Positions 1-9,370 of a stretch of 20,000 nucleotides of DNA are shown one piece after another (within the stretch, counting starts at the first letter, position 1; every line of letters starts with the position of its first letter). The notes under the pieces were generated by a model that was not told the origin of the DNA, ran no database searches, and worked only from the letters and a program-made list of their open reading frames with translations. Origin of the DNA: an uncultured virus (IMG/VR IMGVR_UViG_3300028377_000003) (taxonomy: Duplodnaviria > Heunggongvirae > Uroviricota > Caudoviricetes); the IMG/VR virus record IMGVR_UViG_3300028377_000003, positions 109,691 through 129,690 of that record; one strand, 5' to 3'. The position numbers were made by a program, and so were the translations under genes.

Positions 1-1
1 G

Positions 2-457
2 TTCAAGACCTTGATGTATCACGGGCGTCTCATGCTTTACGATTATATGCTCCGTGATGTGGATGAGGACGAGGATGAGGATTTCGGTGTCGTCAATTCC
101 GCACTCGATGAGGGTACGGGCCACGTTAAACACGCACCCTATATCAAGCAACTGTTGGAGCTACGCGCCGAGCGGAAGTCTAAGAAGGTCGTACTTGTTG
201 AAGCACCCAACGGTCCTAACAAACACGATGACTTCGCGGATGCGCTTGTAAGATCGGTATGGTTGACACTCCACCGGGTCGGGAACCCCAAATACATTTC
301 TGGTTCAAAGAGTCGTATGCGTGAGATCGCCGAAGAGATGGGCGCAGATCACTACAAGTCCATGTCCTCACAACAGTACCAGCGCAGGCGTCAGCGGCGT
401 CACAACTATTCTAACAAGCGGGGCGACCGTATGCCTCCGGGGTGGAAAAAGCGATGA
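2..457 (+). CDS. terL: Large terminase subunit, C-terminal nuclease domain (partial, runs in from the window edge)
   Basis: Frame +2 is open from position 2 (FKTLMYHGRL...). It contains 'QLLEL' followed by 'VEAPNGPNKHDDFADALVRSVW', matching the HDD..DA motif at the end of terminase RNase H-like nuclease domains. It lies just upstream of the portal gene. Confidence 0.8.
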   Translation, partial: FKTLMYHGRLMLYDYMLRDVDEDEDEDFGVVNSALDEGTGHVKHAPYIKQLLELRAERKSKKVVLVEAPNGPNKHDDFADALVRSVWLTLHRVGNPKYISGSKSRMREIAEEMGADHYKSMSSQQYQRRRQRRHNYSNKRGDRMPPGWKKR

Positions 458-696
458 GTGACGACACACCAGATCGGTTCTGGGAAACCTGTGTGGTGCA
501 GGTGCTTGGGAAGCTGGGGGATAAAAATCCCAAGCAAAAAGACCTCAATACCATTGGCTGGCTGTTCGAACATGCAGGTGGTTTATGGGAGGGGCTAGCC
601 GCTGGCGATACCGACCAGTGGGATCTCCTCCGAAGAGCGTGCAAAGTCTATTTGAAACGGAAGTTAAAAAAGAAGGACGAAGATGAAAAGCAGTGA
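454..696 (+). CDS. Hypothetical protein (80 aa)
   Basis: ATG at 454 overlaps the terminase stop (ATGA coupling), so 454 is preferred over the ORF-track start at 442. No recognisable motif. Confidence 0.65.
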   Translation: MSDDTPDRFWETCVVQVLGKLGDKNPKQKDLNTIGWLFEHAGGLWEGLAAGDTDQWDLLRRACKVYLKRKLKKKDEDEKQ

Positions 697-1042
697 CATA
701 CCAAAGGTCCAAGATCACTTGGGCGAATTAGATGAAGCCTTACGACAGATACGCTCCGAGGTGAATAGCCTTGGCGAGATCCTGCAGCGGATAGCGAAAA
801 CTTGCGAGGACGAGCCTGAACTCCTTGAGGTGATGAACCGGGAGCGGCGGTATTTTCGTGCCTTGCGAGGAATGATCGACGATTTTCCGATTATCCGCCA
901 GATGCGTAGACGCCTCCCTGTTGTGGAGGCCCGATTACGTAGGAACGAGGGACAGCAGCGGGAAGAGGACCAGTCAGTGCAGCGTCAGGCTGAAGACGTC
1001 CGTAATTCCCTTGAAGATGTTCTTCGGCGTTTCCTTCGGTAA
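683..1042 (+). CDS. Hypothetical helical/coiled-coil protein (119 aa)
   Basis: Overlaps the upstream gene and fills the gap to the portal. Shows heptad-like Leu/Ile spacing (LGELDEALRQIRSEVNSLGEILQRI). Confidence 0.7.
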   Translation: MKSSDIPKVQDHLGELDEALRQIRSEVNSLGEILQRIAKTCEDEPELLEVMNRERRYFRALRGMIDDFPIIRQMRRRLPVVEARLRRNEGQQREEDQSVQRQAEDVRNSLEDVLRRFLR

Positions 1043-1059
1043 AGGCGACGGGGTGATCT

Positions 1060-2823
1060 ATGCCTAGAGGAAGTAAAATGAGAGATCAAAATAAAGATTC
1101 AGTAGTTGTGTCGAGTGTCTCACAAGTCCAGTCCCTTTTGGGTAGCCAAAAGAAGGCCGAGGTGAACGAGATCCAACCACGAACCAAGAAGATCTCATCG
1201 AATGCGGTGGGTATGTTTGGTGGTGGTGGTATCGGGAGCGGTGGGGGTGCCTTCGGTAACGGTGGCATGGCAATGGGTACGGCGACGAATATCTATTCGC
1301 CGCACCTGTCAACCGACTTCTTGGAGTTGCCTCAGAACCTTGTAGAGATGCGGTCCTATTACCGTTTTTTCTACAACAACGATCCGTATGTGGGGCAGGC
1401 GATTGATCTCCATACGGAATTGCCGCTTTCCAAGTTGCGCCTTACGTTGCCGAAAGGCCGGGACCCGGACAAAAACAGGGAAATCCTCAAGTTTTTTGAG
1501 GACATGGTTGCACGCACGGACCTTCTTAACGCCCTGATTGATGCTACCCGTGAGTATTACGTCGTAGGCGAGGCATTCCTTTTCGCCGAAGACACCGATA
1601 TCGAGGTACCGGAATACGTGTATCTTGAACGGGTTAACCGCCTTGACCCCGAGACCGGGGAAATCTCGACGTCGCTTGAACGCCGGGACAACGCTGAAAA
1701 GTTGATCGAGACTTACAAGCAACAGAATTACAAAGGGTGGGATCGCGTCATTCTATTGCCGCCTGATCAGGTGGAAATCGAGACGTTCCAGTATTCAAGC
1801 AAGGTACGAATCGAACTGGTCCCGGACGCTAAGACCAAGAACATGGTCAAGTCGGCACTCAATGGTGATCCCGCAGCAGCGGAAGCCCTAGAGGATGTGC
1901 CTGAAGAGATCATCGATTACATTTCGAATGAAGAGAACCTTCCCTTGGGTTCCGACCCTTATGAGGGTTCGTTCGTATTCCATTTGGCCCGTAAAAAGCC
2001 GCCCGGTGACGATCACGGCGTCAGCATCTTGCAGAGGTGTTTGCGCACCTTGGTTTACCGGGACAAGTTGCGACAGACACAGACGTCTATTGCATCCCGT
2101 GCAATGACTCCTAAGCGCCTTATCTGGGCCGAGGACATGGATGAGTGGGATGTGGAAGACCTACGCGAACAGGTAGACTTGGCGTTGCTTGACCCGGACT
2201 ACAGCATCATCACGAACTTCCAAGTCAATTGGGAAGAGATCAGCGCCCGTGACCGTCTGTTGGATCTCAACAGCGAATACGACATTACAGATCGGCAGCT
2301 ATTTGCTGGTCTTGGCGTAACTGAATCTATGTTGACCGGTGAAAGTTCGTACAGCGGCGAGCGAATCAACATCGAGGTGATCAACACTCGGTATATGCTT
2401 TATAGGGAACGTATTCAGACCTATGTGGAAGAGTCCATCTTCAAACCGGTCGCTGAGAAGAAAGGTTTTTGGGAGTACGACGAGTTCGATAACAAAGTTC
2501 TATTGTACCCTCAGTTGAGCTTCACACGATTGGCGCTTCGGGACAACCGAGACACTTTCGATGCGATGTTCAATCTGTATCAGAAGGGATCGCTATCGGT
2601 CGGGTACATTTTGGAGTTGTTCAACTTGGATCCGCAATCCGTCGAAGAGCGCTTGATGGACGATTTGATGACCGTCAACGACGCCATGTTCAATGAGATT
2701 GTCCGAAGCGCATATTCCGAAGTGGGCCGTGCGCTACCCAAGCAGTCAGACTTGGTAGAGCGTCTGATTGATTACCTTAATCTGGAGTATCGTCCGCCCG
2801 AGGACGAAAATGATAGATGGTAA
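1060..2823 (+). CDS. Portal protein
   Basis: 587 aa, placed after terminase. Portal-like segments include 'YRFFYNNDPYVGQAIDLHTELPLSKL', 'REYYVVGEAF', 'VFHLARK...HGVSILQRCLRTL' and 'LFAGLGVTESMLTGE'. The start may be 1078 (AGAGGA at 1066-1071). Confidence 0.85.
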   Translation: MPRGSKMRDQNKDSVVVSSVSQVQSLLGSQKKAEVNEIQPRTKKISSNAVGMFGGGGIGSGGGAFGNGGMAMGTATNIYSPHLSTDFLELPQNLVEMRSYYRFFYNNDPYVGQAIDLHTELPLSKLRLTLPKGRDPDKNREILKFFEDMVARTDLLNALIDATREYYVVGEAFLFAEDTDIEVPEYVYLERVNRLDPETGEISTSLERRDNAEKLIETYKQQNYKGWDRVILLPPDQVEIETFQYSSKVRIELVPDAKTKNMVKSALNGDPAAAEALEDVPEEIIDYISNEENLPLGSDPYEGSFVFHLARKKPPGDDHGVSILQRCLRTLVYRDKLRQTQTSIASRAMTPKRLIWAEDMDEWDVEDLREQVDLALLDPDYSIITNFQVNWEEISARDRLLDLNSEYDITDRQLFAGLGVTESMLTGESSYSGERINIEVINTRYMLYRERIQTYVEESIFKPVAEKKGFWEYDEFDNKVLLYPQLSFTRLALRDNRDTFDAMFNLYQKGSLSVGYILELFNLDPQSVEERLMDDLMTVNDAMFNEIVRSAYSEVGRALPKQSDLVERLIDYLNLEYRPPEDENDRW

Positions 2824-4925
2824 AACACGCTACAAAAGATGAGGCTGAAAAGGAGGAGGAAGAGGCAGAGCGCCTCGTCCGTAAGTCACCTAAGAAAAAG
2901 CCTCCACGCCGGGATAAGGAGCGGGGTCGTATTAAAAAAGACGACCCTGATCTGGACAAGAAGGATGAGGACCTTTCGATGAACTATAAGGACATCGGAG
3001 GGTCCGTCATTCTTGCCCGGTGGGTTGCGTCTGAACATGCGTCGCGTGTGGCAACAGCTTCCGAAGAGGAGTTCCTGAACACAGAGGTCAAGAACCCTAA
3101 TTCGGAGGGCAAAGACAACGTTAAGCTCAAGTCACTCCAGAAAAAACCGGAGGGATCTCCGGGCCGCAAGAAATACGAACAGGAACGCAAGAAGTGGGAG
3201 AAGGCTAAAAAAGACGACGAGGGTAAGTCCAAGAAGAAAAAGAAGAAGACCAAGCCCAAGTCTAAGCCTAAGAGGCCACCACAGGACGATAGCGGCGTTT
3301 CTGAAGATCGTATGGATGAGTTGCAAGAGGCGGGTACAGATGAACTGTACGACCTTGCTGAAAGCTCTGACCCCTCCGAACAAGAGGCGGCCTTGAAGGT
3401 TATCAAGGAGCGCAAAAAGCCACTTCCCACAGGTTTCCCCGAACCTAGTAGTTTCAAGGGCACCCTATCGGGCCAGCAAGTATCACAGTTGAAGGAGCAG
3501 ATCAAGAACTGGGACTTGATGGATTACAACACGAACATGAAGTCCCTGAAAGAGAATTGGTTGGAAGCCAACATGTCCGGGAACGACCGGGAGATGGATT
3601 ACTTTCAAGAGGTGATGGACACTTACGAAAACTCTGCGGGAGCTATCCGAAGCAAAACGCTTCGGGATGCGGAAAGTCCCGAAGACCTTATGGAAGGTGA
3701 AGAGGATCTGAATGAGCCTTTCACGGATGCGGACAAAAAGGGCCTGCAGCGTAAGCGTAATGCTTGGTACCAGTCGGCGATGTTTTCGCCGCTGAACTCC
3801 GTGCAGGATATGCTTGAGAAGGTAGAGGCCCAGCTAAATGGGGAAGCGCAGGAAGAGGGTGGGGGCGGTAAAAACCTTGAAGTCCAGATAGACAACGACG
3901 GCAATAAAAAGGTGATCGACCACAGCGAACCGGACACGGTGGAAGAGGGGTCGAAGAAAGAGGTCTATCTCAAGGAGATGCAAGGGCTCCTTCAAGAAGT
4001 CCGTGACCGCAAGATGTTCGATAAGAACTCAAGCGCGGATCGCTTTTTGATGACGGTCCGGGATGAAAGTGAAAGTGAGGCTATCAAGGATTTGGATCCC
4101 GGTTCTTACGATTTCACAGATGATGAAGACATTAACAATTTTTTGGGCAAGGTCCGCAATCTGGGGTCGGCAGATATAGCTAGATTGGTCAAGGATGAGC
4201 CTATTTACCGGATGTATTTCAGTTTTGATGAGTCGGAAGATCCCGAGAATGTATCTATAACTGATAGAGAGAAGAGCGAGTTCATGGATAGTTTGCACGA
4301 GGATCTGAAGGTGCGCGGCTTTTACGAGCAGCTTCGGTTCCATAATGACGAGGATAACAACGTCTTTAATAAAGGCTCACTCCTCGCATACCGTGATCAG
4401 GCTATAAAAGACTTGCAGAATTCGGGGCACAGCCTCGAAGAAAGTAAGGGCAACAAGAAGACGAAGCACCGCAGTTTCTGGGGCATGTTCTTAGATTGGA
4501 TGGACGACATGGTAAAAGACACCAATAAGAAATCAGCCGTGGAAGGGCGGTCCGTGCAGGCGGGTATCGCATCCGCATTCAAGAAGGCCGGGCTAAAGAC
4601 CGCTCAGTATCGCGGATTGCCCGGTCCACTTGCGGAAGATGATCCGTACAAGCCGCAGGCACCTAAGTGGCGTTTGCCTAAATCCAGACGGGATTTAGAC
4701 CTCGACGATTACATGGAGATCGTCAAAGAGGCCCGTGTCTGGCTCAAGGATTCGTACCTAACGCACGAACTTGTAGAAAAAGACTTTCGAATGGCGTGCA
4801 GCTTGGCTCTCGACTATTCCATCTATACAGCGTCTGATTACAAGTATAACGGTGCGGTAGGGGCACCTGAGTACGATCGCTTGCTCGATATCCTGCTTAG
4901 GATCGAAGGCAAAGGCGATCACTAA
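2817..4925 (+). CDS. Large highly charged hypothetical protein, probably virion/head associated (702 aa)
   Basis: Long ORF overlapping the portal stop, with a Lys/Glu/Asp-rich low-complexity N-terminal half. Role is inferred from position only. Confidence 0.75.
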   Translation: MVKHATKDEAEKEEEEAERLVRKSPKKKPPRRDKERGRIKKDDPDLDKKDEDLSMNYKDIGGSVILARWVASEHASRVATASEEEFLNTEVKNPNSEGKDNVKLKSLQKKPEGSPGRKKYEQERKKWEKAKKDDEGKSKKKKKKTKPKSKPKRPPQDDSGVSEDRMDELQEAGTDELYDLAESSDPSEQEAALKVIKERKKPLPTGFPEPSSFKGTLSGQQVSQLKEQIKNWDLMDYNTNMKSLKENWLEANMSGNDREMDYFQEVMDTYENSAGAIRSKTLRDAESPEDLMEGEEDLNEPFTDADKKGLQRKRNAWYQSAMFSPLNSVQDMLEKVEAQLNGEAQEEGGGGKNLEVQIDNDGNKKVIDHSEPDTVEEGSKKEVYLKEMQGLLQEVRDRKMFDKNSSADRFLMTVRDESESEAIKDLDPGSYDFTDDEDINNFLGKVRNLGSADIARLVKDEPIYRMYFSFDESEDPENVSITDREKSEFMDSLHEDLKVRGFYEQLRFHNDEDNNVFNKGSLLAYRDQAIKDLQNSGHSLEESKGNKKTKHRSFWGMFLDWMDDMVKDTNKKSAVEGRSVQAGIASAFKKAGLKTAQYRGLPGPLAEDDPYKPQAPKWRLPKSRRDLDLDDYMEIVKEARVWLKDSYLTHELVEKDFRMACSLALDYSIYTASDYKYNGAVGAPEYDRLLDILLRIEGKGDH

Positions 4926-4934
4926 TCCTTTTAT
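4923..4934 (+). promoter_or_regulatory. Putative phage late-promoter motif TAATCCTTTTAT
   Basis: One of five copies of TWAT-N4-TTRT at gene-block boundaries, 77 nt before the ATG at 5000. It overlaps the upstream stop codon. Confidence 0.5.
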
Positions 4935-4999
4935 ACCTACGGATTGATAGCGTGGATCAACTGTACCATAAGTAACCCCCCGATCAAGGGAGATTTGAT

Positions 5000-5416
5000 A
5001 TGCTGACTAAGAAAGAGGCAATTGCCCTCACAAAGCGTCTTGACAAGATCGCGAATCATGTCCAAGGCAATTTCGACCAGATGGGCCTTTCCAAAAAGGC
5101 TGCATACGACTTTTGTCTGTATCTGGATCAAACGGCTGACGGTCTTGAAAAGGCTGCTGGTGTTGAGCGTAGTGCCAAGACGCTTCAGCGTGCGCCGGAT
5201 GAAGAGTACATGGACTCGTTCAACTCGCCGAAAGGGCCGGTCAAAATCGACCCGGACGAGCAGTACATGAACGAGTATGAGAATGACGACGATTCTCAAG
5301 TCGTGGAAGACGACCAGATCGCTCCGATGAATGACGGAGATTGGGAAGTCGACGCCGGTGACGAAGACGATTGGTACACCGAAGCGGGCGAAGACGACTG
5401 GCACCTCGACCTGTAA
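5000..5416 (+). CDS. Acidic hypothetical protein with internal PDExYM repeat (138 aa)
   Basis: AAGGGAG Shine-Dalgarno-like sequence upstream. Helical N-terminus and acidic C-terminus with repeated DW motifs. Confidence 0.8.
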   Translation: MLTKKEAIALTKRLDKIANHVQGNFDQMGLSKKAAYDFCLYLDQTADGLEKAAGVERSAKTLQRAPDEEYMDSFNSPKGPVKIDPDEQYMNEYENDDDSQVVEDDQIAPMNDGDWEVDAGDEDDWYTEAGEDDWHLDL

Positions 5417-5441
5417 TTCCGTTTTGTTTCAGGTGGCCAGC

Positions 5442-6104
5442 ATGAACCTTCGTGACCGACTTATTCGCCTTGGATCGGCGAACCCTAATTTGCGCCCGCA
5501 TTTGCGCCTGCTTCTTCGGAAGCTGGCCATTAAGGCGCTGGGGTCCGTTGCTACACAAGAGGCGAAAATGGTCGGTACGCTCATCAATGAGCGTATGGAG
5601 GTTGATTGGGTTACGGATACTCGTGATCCACGGTGGAAAGATGCGATCGGGACGGAAAGGTACGATGAGGCTTTTGCCGAATTCGTATCCCTGAACGAAC
5701 GTATCTTGACGCATGTGCGAAAAGCGGCACGTGAGTTCTATGTTTTCCTCGAAGGAGGCGGCAAAGAGCTTGGGTCGTATGGCCTAACGGTCAAGGTCGG
5801 GAAGCCAGAATACTTTTCGACCGACCCGGAAGAATGGGTAGCGTCCGAATTCGCTGTTGATGTGATGGTTAAAGATCATGTGGGCAGTTCGTCTTCGAAA
5901 ATGCGTTACCGAGTGGTTGTTCGAAACCCTCTATCTGTGACGGATACGGTCAACGATATCAACTTTATGGCTTCCGGGGGAAGGGATTCGACATTATCGG
6001 CTGCTGACATGTTCATCCAGTCGATGTCCCCTTTCCGTCACCTGAAGGATAAGGATTTTGGTCGATGGCGTCAACGACGACAGGGACTTCTCAATGACCG
6101 GTAA
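5442..6104 (+). CDS. Hypothetical protein with shared N-terminal tag (220 aa)
   Basis: ATG at 5442 preceded by AGGTGG (5431-5436). Begins MNLRDRLIRLGSANPNLRPHLRLLL. The ORF-track start at 5331 overlaps the previous gene and is unlikely. Confidence 0.75.
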   Translation: MNLRDRLIRLGSANPNLRPHLRLLLRKLAIKALGSVATQEAKMVGTLINERMEVDWVTDTRDPRWKDAIGTERYDEAFAEFVSLNERILTHVRKAAREFYVFLEGGGKELGSYGLTVKVGKPEYFSTDPEEWVASEFAVDVMVKDHVGSSSSKMRYRVVVRNPLSVTDTVNDINFMASGGRDSTLSAADMFIQSMSPFRHLKDKDFGRWRQRRQGLLNDR

Positions 6105-6864
6105 GCGATCTTTCATAGACCACCAGCAACTGGCTACCCGATTCGAAGTTGGGGACCGGGTGTATTATGTGGATCCGCACCGGATGCGGAGATCCCCCCA
6201 TGTTGGCGTAGTGACGAAAGTCCACCGAGGCATTGGGTTTGTCGATGTAGATTTCGGGTGGGGTAACGAACGTATCACCCCCGAAGAGTTGGCACCGGCT
6301 GAAACACCGGGTGCTGAAGACGGTCCCGATGACCCGGTAGAATTCATGGATGATCAAGATCAAAGAACCGCCATGTGTTCACACGACTTAGCTAAAAGCC
6401 TAGCCCGCCATTACCGCCAGCGCGTATCCCACCTTTATCTCACTGCCAATCACTTTTGTGAGCAAGGCATTGAGCAGATGGATACGTACCACACGATTTA
6501 CAAGCGGTATATGGGCGAGTTTTCGGATTTCGAGATCAAACATGCCGTGAAGACGGCTTTCGAAGCTCCTGAACAAATTCGTAAAGCAATGTACTGGAAA
6601 GAGAAAGGACGCCAGTACGTGCCTACGCAACAGGAGTTGGATACCGGATGTTTTCATTGTCCCCGGTGCAAGAGCGTTGAGCTAGAGCAAACGATCTACA
6701 AAAAGTGGACGAAGCTCTATGCGTGCCGGGAATGCCTGTTCTTGATTAAGCCAGCGGACATCCTCGACTCGCTCGATGATGCAGCCCGTGAAGAGGCGGA
6801 GGAACAGCTTGGATGGAGTCCTAGTGTATCGGACCCGGCGAAAGCATTTAACGAGTGGCTATAA
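6094..6864 (+). CDS. Hypothetical protein with N-terminal SH3/KOW-like barrel and C-terminal Zn ribbon
   Basis: 'RFEVGDRVYYV...VGVVTKVHRGIGFVDVDFGWGNERITPEEL' is SH3/KOW-like and 'CPRC...CREC' is a C4 Zn ribbon. ATG 6094 overlaps the end of the previous gene. Confidence 0.75.
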   Translation: MTGKRSFIDHQQLATRFEVGDRVYYVDPHRMRRSPHVGVVTKVHRGIGFVDVDFGWGNERITPEELAPAETPGAEDGPDDPVEFMDDQDQRTAMCSHDLAKSLARHYRQRVSHLYLTANHFCEQGIEQMDTYHTIYKRYMGEFSDFEIKHAVKTAFEAPEQIRKAMYWKEKGRQYVPTQQELDTGCFHCPRCKSVELEQTIYKKWTKLYACRECLFLIKPADILDSLDDAAREEAEEQLGWSPSVSDPAKAFNEWL

Positions 6865-6882
6865 TGATTGCGAGGCAGACGG

Positions 6883-7299
6883 ATGAGTTTACGCGACAGT
6901 ATCATCCGACTGGCCTATAGAAGCCCTTCCAGACGATCACGCCTACTACCACTAGTTAAACTAGCTACCAACCTTAGCACGCTCGATGTGCGGATTTTCG
7001 ATTTCGTCAGGAACCAATTCCTGCAGGAATTGACCGATAATTTCGTCGAGAGCTTTGACTATAAAACTACGATTACGAAAAAGGATCTAGGGTACATCGA
7101 AGGCAGTCGGAGCCATTTCACGTGGCGGCTAAAATTTGACATTGTTCATCGAGGCAGTGCTTACGAGATCGAAACGACGCTTCATGCAGGGACGTCTTTT
7201 CAGGACGCACAGTTTATTAAGTTCGAAACCGGTCAACACGAGTCGCTCGAAGACCTTTTCGACAAGATCAACGATTCGCTTTCCAATTTCATGACGTGA
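6883..7299 (+). CDS. Hypothetical protein with shared N-terminal tag (138 aa)
   Basis: ATG 6883 with GAGG upstream. Begins MSLRDSIIRLAYRSPSRRSRLLPLVKLA. Confidence 0.7.
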   Translation: MSLRDSIIRLAYRSPSRRSRLLPLVKLATNLSTLDVRIFDFVRNQFLQELTDNFVESFDYKTTITKKDLGYIEGSRSHFTWRLKFDIVHRGSAYEIETTLHAGTSFQDAQFIKFETGQHESLEDLFDKINDSLSNFMT

Positions 7300-7304
7300 C
7301 CACT

Positions 7305-7658
7305 ATGGACCTGAAAGATCAACTGGTCAAGTTGGGCAAATCTAAGCCGAAATTGCGTAAGCACCTCCGGTACCTGCTCGCCGCTGTTGATCATTCGACG
7401 TATAAAAAACTTGCCTCCGATTTGAAAAGGGACGGCTGGTACATTCAAAGCGTTGGTTGGGATCACGTTCGTGTTTCGCACGAAGATCTTAATGCAAAAT
7501 GGGTAGAGGTCCGGTTGGAGGAAGATGTAGATCCCCCCGATGCGCTAACCATGTCTATCCATTTTGATAATCTACGTGGCGGTGAGGAATTGGCGGGGAT
7601 CCGCAAGAATGCCTTAAAAGGCGCTTTTTACGATCTTCTTGATAAGACAGGCCGCTAA
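7305..7658 (+). CDS. Hypothetical protein with shared N-terminal tag (117 aa)
   Basis: Begins MDLKDQLVKLGKSKPKLRKHLRYLL. An alternative GTG start at 7296 overlaps the upstream stop. Confidence 0.7.
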   Translation: MDLKDQLVKLGKSKPKLRKHLRYLLAAVDHSTYKKLASDLKRDGWYIQSVGWDHVRVSHEDLNAKWVEVRLEEDVDPPDALTMSIHFDNLRGGEELAGIRKNALKGAFYDLLDKTGR

Positions 7659-7688
7659 TAGACAGGCTTAAACCAAATTGGTGATCCA

Positions 7689-9209
7689 ATGGCTTTTGTA
7701 AAATACGCTAACGCAGTTGTTCAGTCGCCCCGTGTAGGACTTGAGGGGTGGAACACGTATCGGCAAAGCAAGCTCCTTGCGGGGGTTGACTTTGGTAGCC
7801 GTACATCTGCCATTTCGATCGAGAACTACAGCCCGGATAAGTACCTCCTTACCCACTGCACTATTATCGCCTCTGTGGACGTTGACGAGGCCCCTAACAG
7901 CAAGACGGGTGAGGTTACGACCGATGATGGGCATACGATCAATAGACCGTATACGGACTATCTGATCAAGCCCGGCTGCTCCAAGTACATCAACCAGAAC
8001 GGCGATGCTTGGGAGCGCAAACTACTCTTGTCTACATACAAGACGTTTGTGGGAGCCGAGAACTATGTAGAGCATATCCAGATCCCGGAACTAAGCAAGG
8101 GCAAAATTATCGACGCCGTTGCCCGTGATCTCGGGGACAGCGTGTACGTCGACATTCTCGTCGCTACGGACCGCAAGCACAAGGATCTGGTAGCTAAGAT
8201 CGAATCGGGGGAGCTTAACACCCTTTCGATGGGATGCACGATTGCTTTTTCGGCTTGCACCAAGTGCGGCAACGTAGCCATTGACGAGCCACAGCTTTGC
8301 CACCACGTCAAGTATGAGAAGGGTAACAAGTTCATCGGCCCGGAAGGTAAGATCCGCGTTGTCGCTGAACTGTGCGGCCACCACACGGACCCTGAGTCTG
8401 TTAAGTTCATCGAGGCATCTTGGGTAGGCAACCCCGCATTCAAAGGGGCGGTCATGCGCAACATCCTTGATCTGAACAAGCCGTCGACCAAAGAGCCGAC
8501 GCCGTATGAAGAAGATAAGCTACAGAGCTTGATCCAAGAGGCACACACTAAATCCACGGTCAATCCCACTGAGGATTGGACCAAGTATTTCCTAAAGACC
8601 GCAAGCGCTCAGATCAGGACCGAAGTGAACGAGGCCGTATCGTCGGCATTCAATAGCTTTGCTCAGCGTCAAGCGTTTGACGACTTCGAAGAGGAAGAGG
8701 TCGAAGAGGAGGTCGAGGAAGAAGTGGGTTTGATCGACGATGTGTCGGACAAGCTGAAAGAAAAGATCAAAAAGCGTATTGAAAAAGAGTTGAAAGAAGA
8801 GCTTCGCGAGCAAGAAGAACCCAATGCAATGCCCGAAGCTGAACGCGCACCCAACGATTCGGTACACCATTCATATATGATTTTTGCGGAAAGGTACGCT
8901 AATGAGTTGGGTGGCCGTACCAAAAATGCGTTCCGCATTCTTTACATGCTTCAAGATCCAAACACCTTTTTCAAACACAAGCACCGGTTCGCGAATACAG
9001 ACATTGTAACAGCAATGTACCTGCACGACCGAGACGGTAAACGAGAATCCCTACCCCCAGAGTTTTATCTGAGTCTTCAAAAGGTCGGAAGCGCCAGCAA
9101 TTATGGTGATCTTCGACAGTTTTTGAAGGCATGTATACGGTCGCTTGGCCGTAAGATAAACCGCCGAGAAGCAGGAATTTTGCTCGAAAGGGCTAAATTT
9201 CTTAACTAA
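7689..9209 (+). CDS. Prohead (capsid maturation) protease with Cys/His insert and long C-terminal extension
   Basis: 'NQNGDAW', 'NYVEH', 'KGKIIDA', 'KIESGELNTLSMGC' and 'FIEASWVGNPA' match the HK97/herpes-fold prohead serine protease pattern (catalytic His and Ser candidates, E.S.V..PA strand). Located between portal and scaffold/MCP. Confidence 0.8.
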   Translation: MAFVKYANAVVQSPRVGLEGWNTYRQSKLLAGVDFGSRTSAISIENYSPDKYLLTHCTIIASVDVDEAPNSKTGEVTTDDGHTINRPYTDYLIKPGCSKYINQNGDAWERKLLLSTYKTFVGAENYVEHIQIPELSKGKIIDAVARDLGDSVYVDILVATDRKHKDLVAKIESGELNTLSMGCTIAFSACTKCGNVAIDEPQLCHHVKYEKGNKFIGPEGKIRVVAELCGHHTDPESVKFIEASWVGNPAFKGAVMRNILDLNKPSTKEPTPYEEDKLQSLIQEAHTKSTVNPTEDWTKYFLKTASAQIRTEVNEAVSSAFNSFAQRQAFDDFEEEEVEEEVEEEVGLIDDVSDKLKEKIKKRIEKELKEELREQEEPNAMPEAERAPNDSVHHSYMIFAERYANELGGRTKNAFRILYMLQDPNTFFKHKHRFANTDIVTAMYLHDRDGKRESLPPEFYLSLQKVGSASNYGDLRQFLKACIRSLGRKINRREAGILLERAKFLN

Positions 9210-9225
9210 TACGAGTTTTTTCCGG

Positions 9226-9237
9226 TTATTCATTTGT
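9226..9237 (+). promoter_or_regulatory. Putative phage late-promoter motif TTATTCATTTGT upstream of the scaffold-capsid operon
   Basis: Variant of TWAT-N4-TTRT, preceded by GG as in the 18426 copy, in a 161-nt intergenic region. Confidence 0.45.
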
Positions 9238-9370
9238 ACGAAGCGTCTTTAGTATACCCATCTCTAGGTGGGGTGCGCAGTGCTTCGTAATTCAAGTTAA
9301 GGCTCCGGCTTCGTACTTCGCATTATTCGTAAGCACGGTACCGTGATATCAGTTTTCTGGAGGTTACCCA

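Noticed and set aside
5414..5427. Sixth copy of the late-promoter motif (TAATTCCGTTTTGT); also TAATTTAGCTAT at 12698
   Set aside because: The first has spacing 2 nt too long and its TAA is a stop codon. The second mismatches and abuts the SD.
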